A stretch of DNA of 64,000 nt from Felis catus. Lineage: Eukaryota. This document shows, piece after piece, positions 61,553 through 64,000 of the stretch. Positions within the stretch are counted from its first letter, which is position 1, and each line of letters begins with the position of its first letter. A model generated the notes under the pieces. The model ran no database searches. It saw nothing but the letters and a program-made list of their open reading frames with translations, and was not told where the DNA came from. The DNA lies in NCBI RefSeq assembly GCF_018350175.1, contig NC_058368.1:4960001-5024000 (forward strand), given 5' to 3'. Both the position numbers and the translations under genes were made by a program.

Positions 61553-61668
61553 TAGGCATACCTCAGGGATATTACAGGTTCAGTTCCAGACCATTACAAT
61601 AAAGTGAGTATCACAATGCAAGTCAAATGAATTTTTTGGCTTCTTAGTGCATATAAAAGTTTTATTTA
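61553..61668 (-). mobile_element. Tigger1 3' terminus
   Basis: AGGCATACCTCAGGGATATTACAGGTTCAGTTCCAGACCA...AATAAAG matches the reverse Tigger1 TIR end. Confidence 0.85.
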
Positions 61669-62934
61669 GGGGAGGAGCCAAGATGGCAGAACAGCATGAA
61701 GTTTTTTGTGTCTCGCGTCCAAGACATACAGCCAGAGCAACACTAAACCATCCTGCACACCTAGAAAACTGATCTGAGGATTAACACAACAATCTGCACA
61801 ACCTGAGCCACAGAATTCAGCAGATATGTGGCGGGGAGAGGTGAACTGGGGGAGAGAGAAGCTGCAGAGGGCAGAGAGCCACTTTTGCCGGTGGAGAGAA
61901 GATGGAGATGGGGGGGAGGAGAATATGGGAAAAGCACCCCCTCCAAAAGCAGCTGGAGAGAAAGTGGAAAAGTGGAAACAGCTGCAGGGACTGAACTAAA
62001 AAAGGGAGAAAGGAGAAAGGAGAGGGTTTAAATTCCATTAAGACTATAAACAAGGGAAGCACAGAGTCTGCAACTCCGCAGCTTGATACCTGGCGGTGCT
62101 CTAGTGGGAAGGGCGAATGCCCAGGAGCAGAGTGGAGTCCGGGGGTCTTCAGGCCACACGGGGAGATGTGGTTCCCCTGCTGGAAGGACACCTGGTAGAG
62201 ACTGTGTGGGCCCCCCAAAGGCAAGGCCCCAGTGGACCCAGGAGAACAACCACATTCACTGGTGCTGGAACAAGGTCGTTAAGGGTGAAGCCCGGTGCCA
62301 CATGTGTGTTGTGATTTTCCCTAATCCCTGAAACTCTGCTGCTACACTATTGTGCGAACTTTTTCTGGGGCAGGCTGGCACCCGGCCACAGTCTCTGGGC
62401 ATCAGCAGCAGCACAGTCTTGCGAACGTTCCTGGGGGCAGCCAGCACCTGGCCATTGCTTGGTGAGACCCTCCCACAGAGGGGCGGGGCAGGTCAAAGCC
62501 ACAGTCCCTCAGAAGTAAGGGTCTGGGGAAAAACAGCCACATCAGAAACATAACTCAGGAGGGAGGTTCTGCCTGGGGCGTGGTCACAGACTGTGTAAAA
62601 GCAGGGAGTGGACAGAAGCCGAAGACAGAGAATGGATGTGTGATTGCTGGCCAGGGAGAACAGAGTTCCAATACTAGAGAATGGGTAGCTGGGTGACGCC
62701 ATTTTCACCGCTCCCACGCATGCACATACGCACCTACAAGCGCCACAACAATCCACCCCAGTAGGCTAGCAGCGCCATCTAGTGGAGAACGGAGACATTA
62801 CACTAAGCCTGCCCAACTGGGCCAACCTCGCTCTTCAAGAGCACAAGTCTCACCGCCTGCTTAGTTTATGGACTATAAAGCACTTCACAGTTTGACTTCT
62901 AAGGGAAAACAAAGTAATTTTAGTCATATTTCAA
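61669..62934 (+). mobile_element. Carnivore/felid L1 5'UTR only (3'-deleted)
   Basis: Starts GGGGAGGAGCCAAGATGGC (L1 5' end with YY1 site). GC-rich UTR with no ORF1, ORF2 or polyA following. Confidence 0.85.
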
Positions 62935-64000
62935 TCAAACCCTGCTGTTGCTTTAACTACTAAGTTTGTGTAATACTGCAAATCCTTTGCTGTCCCTTCA
63001 ACAAGCTTCACAGCATCTTCAGCAGGAGCAGAGTCCATCTCGAGAAACCACGTACTCTGCTCAGCGGTGAGAAGCAGTCTTCACCCCATCACATTCTATC
63101 ACGAGACACAGCAATGCCATCCACCTTCAGGCCCCACTTCTAGTTCTGGTTCTCTCGCTGTTTCCACCACATCTGCCGTGATTGCCTCCACTGATACCCC
63201 GAGCCCCCAGAGTCATCCCCAAGGGTGGGAATCAACTTCTGCCAAACTCTTACAAAGGATATTTTGACCTCTTCCCGTTGTTCTTAATGGTTTTCCATTT
63301 CAAGAGGGATTTAATTTACTTTGCCCAGGTCCATCAGAGGAATCACCGTCTATGGCAGCTAGAGCCTTATGAAATGTATTTGTTAAAAAAATAAGACTGA
63401 AAGTCAGAATGACTCCATGATCCACAGGCTGTGGAATGGATGCTGTGTCAGCAAGCTGAAAACAACATTCATCTCCTTGTGCGTCTTCAGAGCTCTTGCG
63501 TGACCAGATGCATTGTCAATGAGCAGTATAGTATTTGTAAAGGAATCTTTTATTTTTTCTGAGCAGGGTCTCAACAGTGGGCTTCAAATATTCTTCAGTA
63601 AACCTTACTATAAGCAGATGTGCTGTCATCCAGGCCTTGTTGTTCCACTTACAGATCACAGGCAAAATAGATGGAGCATAATTCTGAAGGGCCCTAGGGT
63701 TTGGGGAAAGGTAACTGAGTTTGGCTTCAATTCACAGTCACTGGCCACGTTAGCCCCTAATGAGACAGTCAGCCTATCGTTTGAAGTTTTCAATCCAGGC
63801 ATTGGCGTCTCCTGTCCAGCTCTGAAAGTCCTCGATGGCATCTGTTTCATCTTGTTGAAAACCTGTTGTGTAGTGTAGCCGCCTTCACTGCTATCTTAGC
63901 TTAGCTCTTCTGGATGACGTGCTGCTTCATCTTACAACCTGATGTCATGGAGCTCGCTTCTTTGCTTAAACTTCAGGAACCCGCCTCTGCCGTCTTCGTA
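62935..64000 (-). mobile_element. Tigger1 transposase remnant (runs off window)
   Basis: Minus translation MPSRTF.A..E..MPG.K.S.DRLT..LGAN.A.D..LKP is Tigger1/pogo DDE transposase; disrupted. Confidence 0.92.

Noticed and set aside
12700..64000. Exons of a neighbouring gene (e.g. MTMR6 by expected synteny), CRISPR arrays or RNA genes
   Set aside because: No recognisable coding exons, repeat-spacer arrays or structured RNA genes were seen. lncRNA exons cannot be excluded from sequence alone.

Overview
Mammalian genomic DNA, almost certainly from a felid: about 25 Can-SINEs of the SINEC_Fc type and a carnivore/felid-type L1 5'UTR. The only protein-coding gene I can support is AMER2 (FAM123A, APC membrane recruitment protein 2). 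It lies on the minus strand, CDS ~11065->8967, inside a CpG island, and is essentially single-exon. An inferred ~7.6 kb 3'UTR runs to an AATAAA at 1328-1333. In this sequence the CDS is broken by a 1-bp deletion in a C-run (plus-strand G4 at 9335-9338). This is most likely an assembly error, but if real it removes both EB1-binding SxIP motifs. The CDS also contains an in-frame exitron (10245->9868) and several pure GCG/GGC repeat tracts. The remaining ~52 kb is intergenic, with SINEs, L1/L2/L3/MIR, MLT/ERV LTRs and DNA transposons. Highlights: inverted (GAAA)16/(TTTC)15 tracts in the 3'UTR; a consensus TCF/LEF site next to GCC helper-like repeats at the promoter; a nested MLT2>Tigger1>solo L1 5'UTR carrying a consensus CTCF motif; a tail-to-tail SINE pair; and a possible ancient RTE LINE relic. 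I did not find convincing evidence of a wholly new biological system. Repeat family names come from remembered consensus sequences, not from a database search, and repeat boundaries are approximate.
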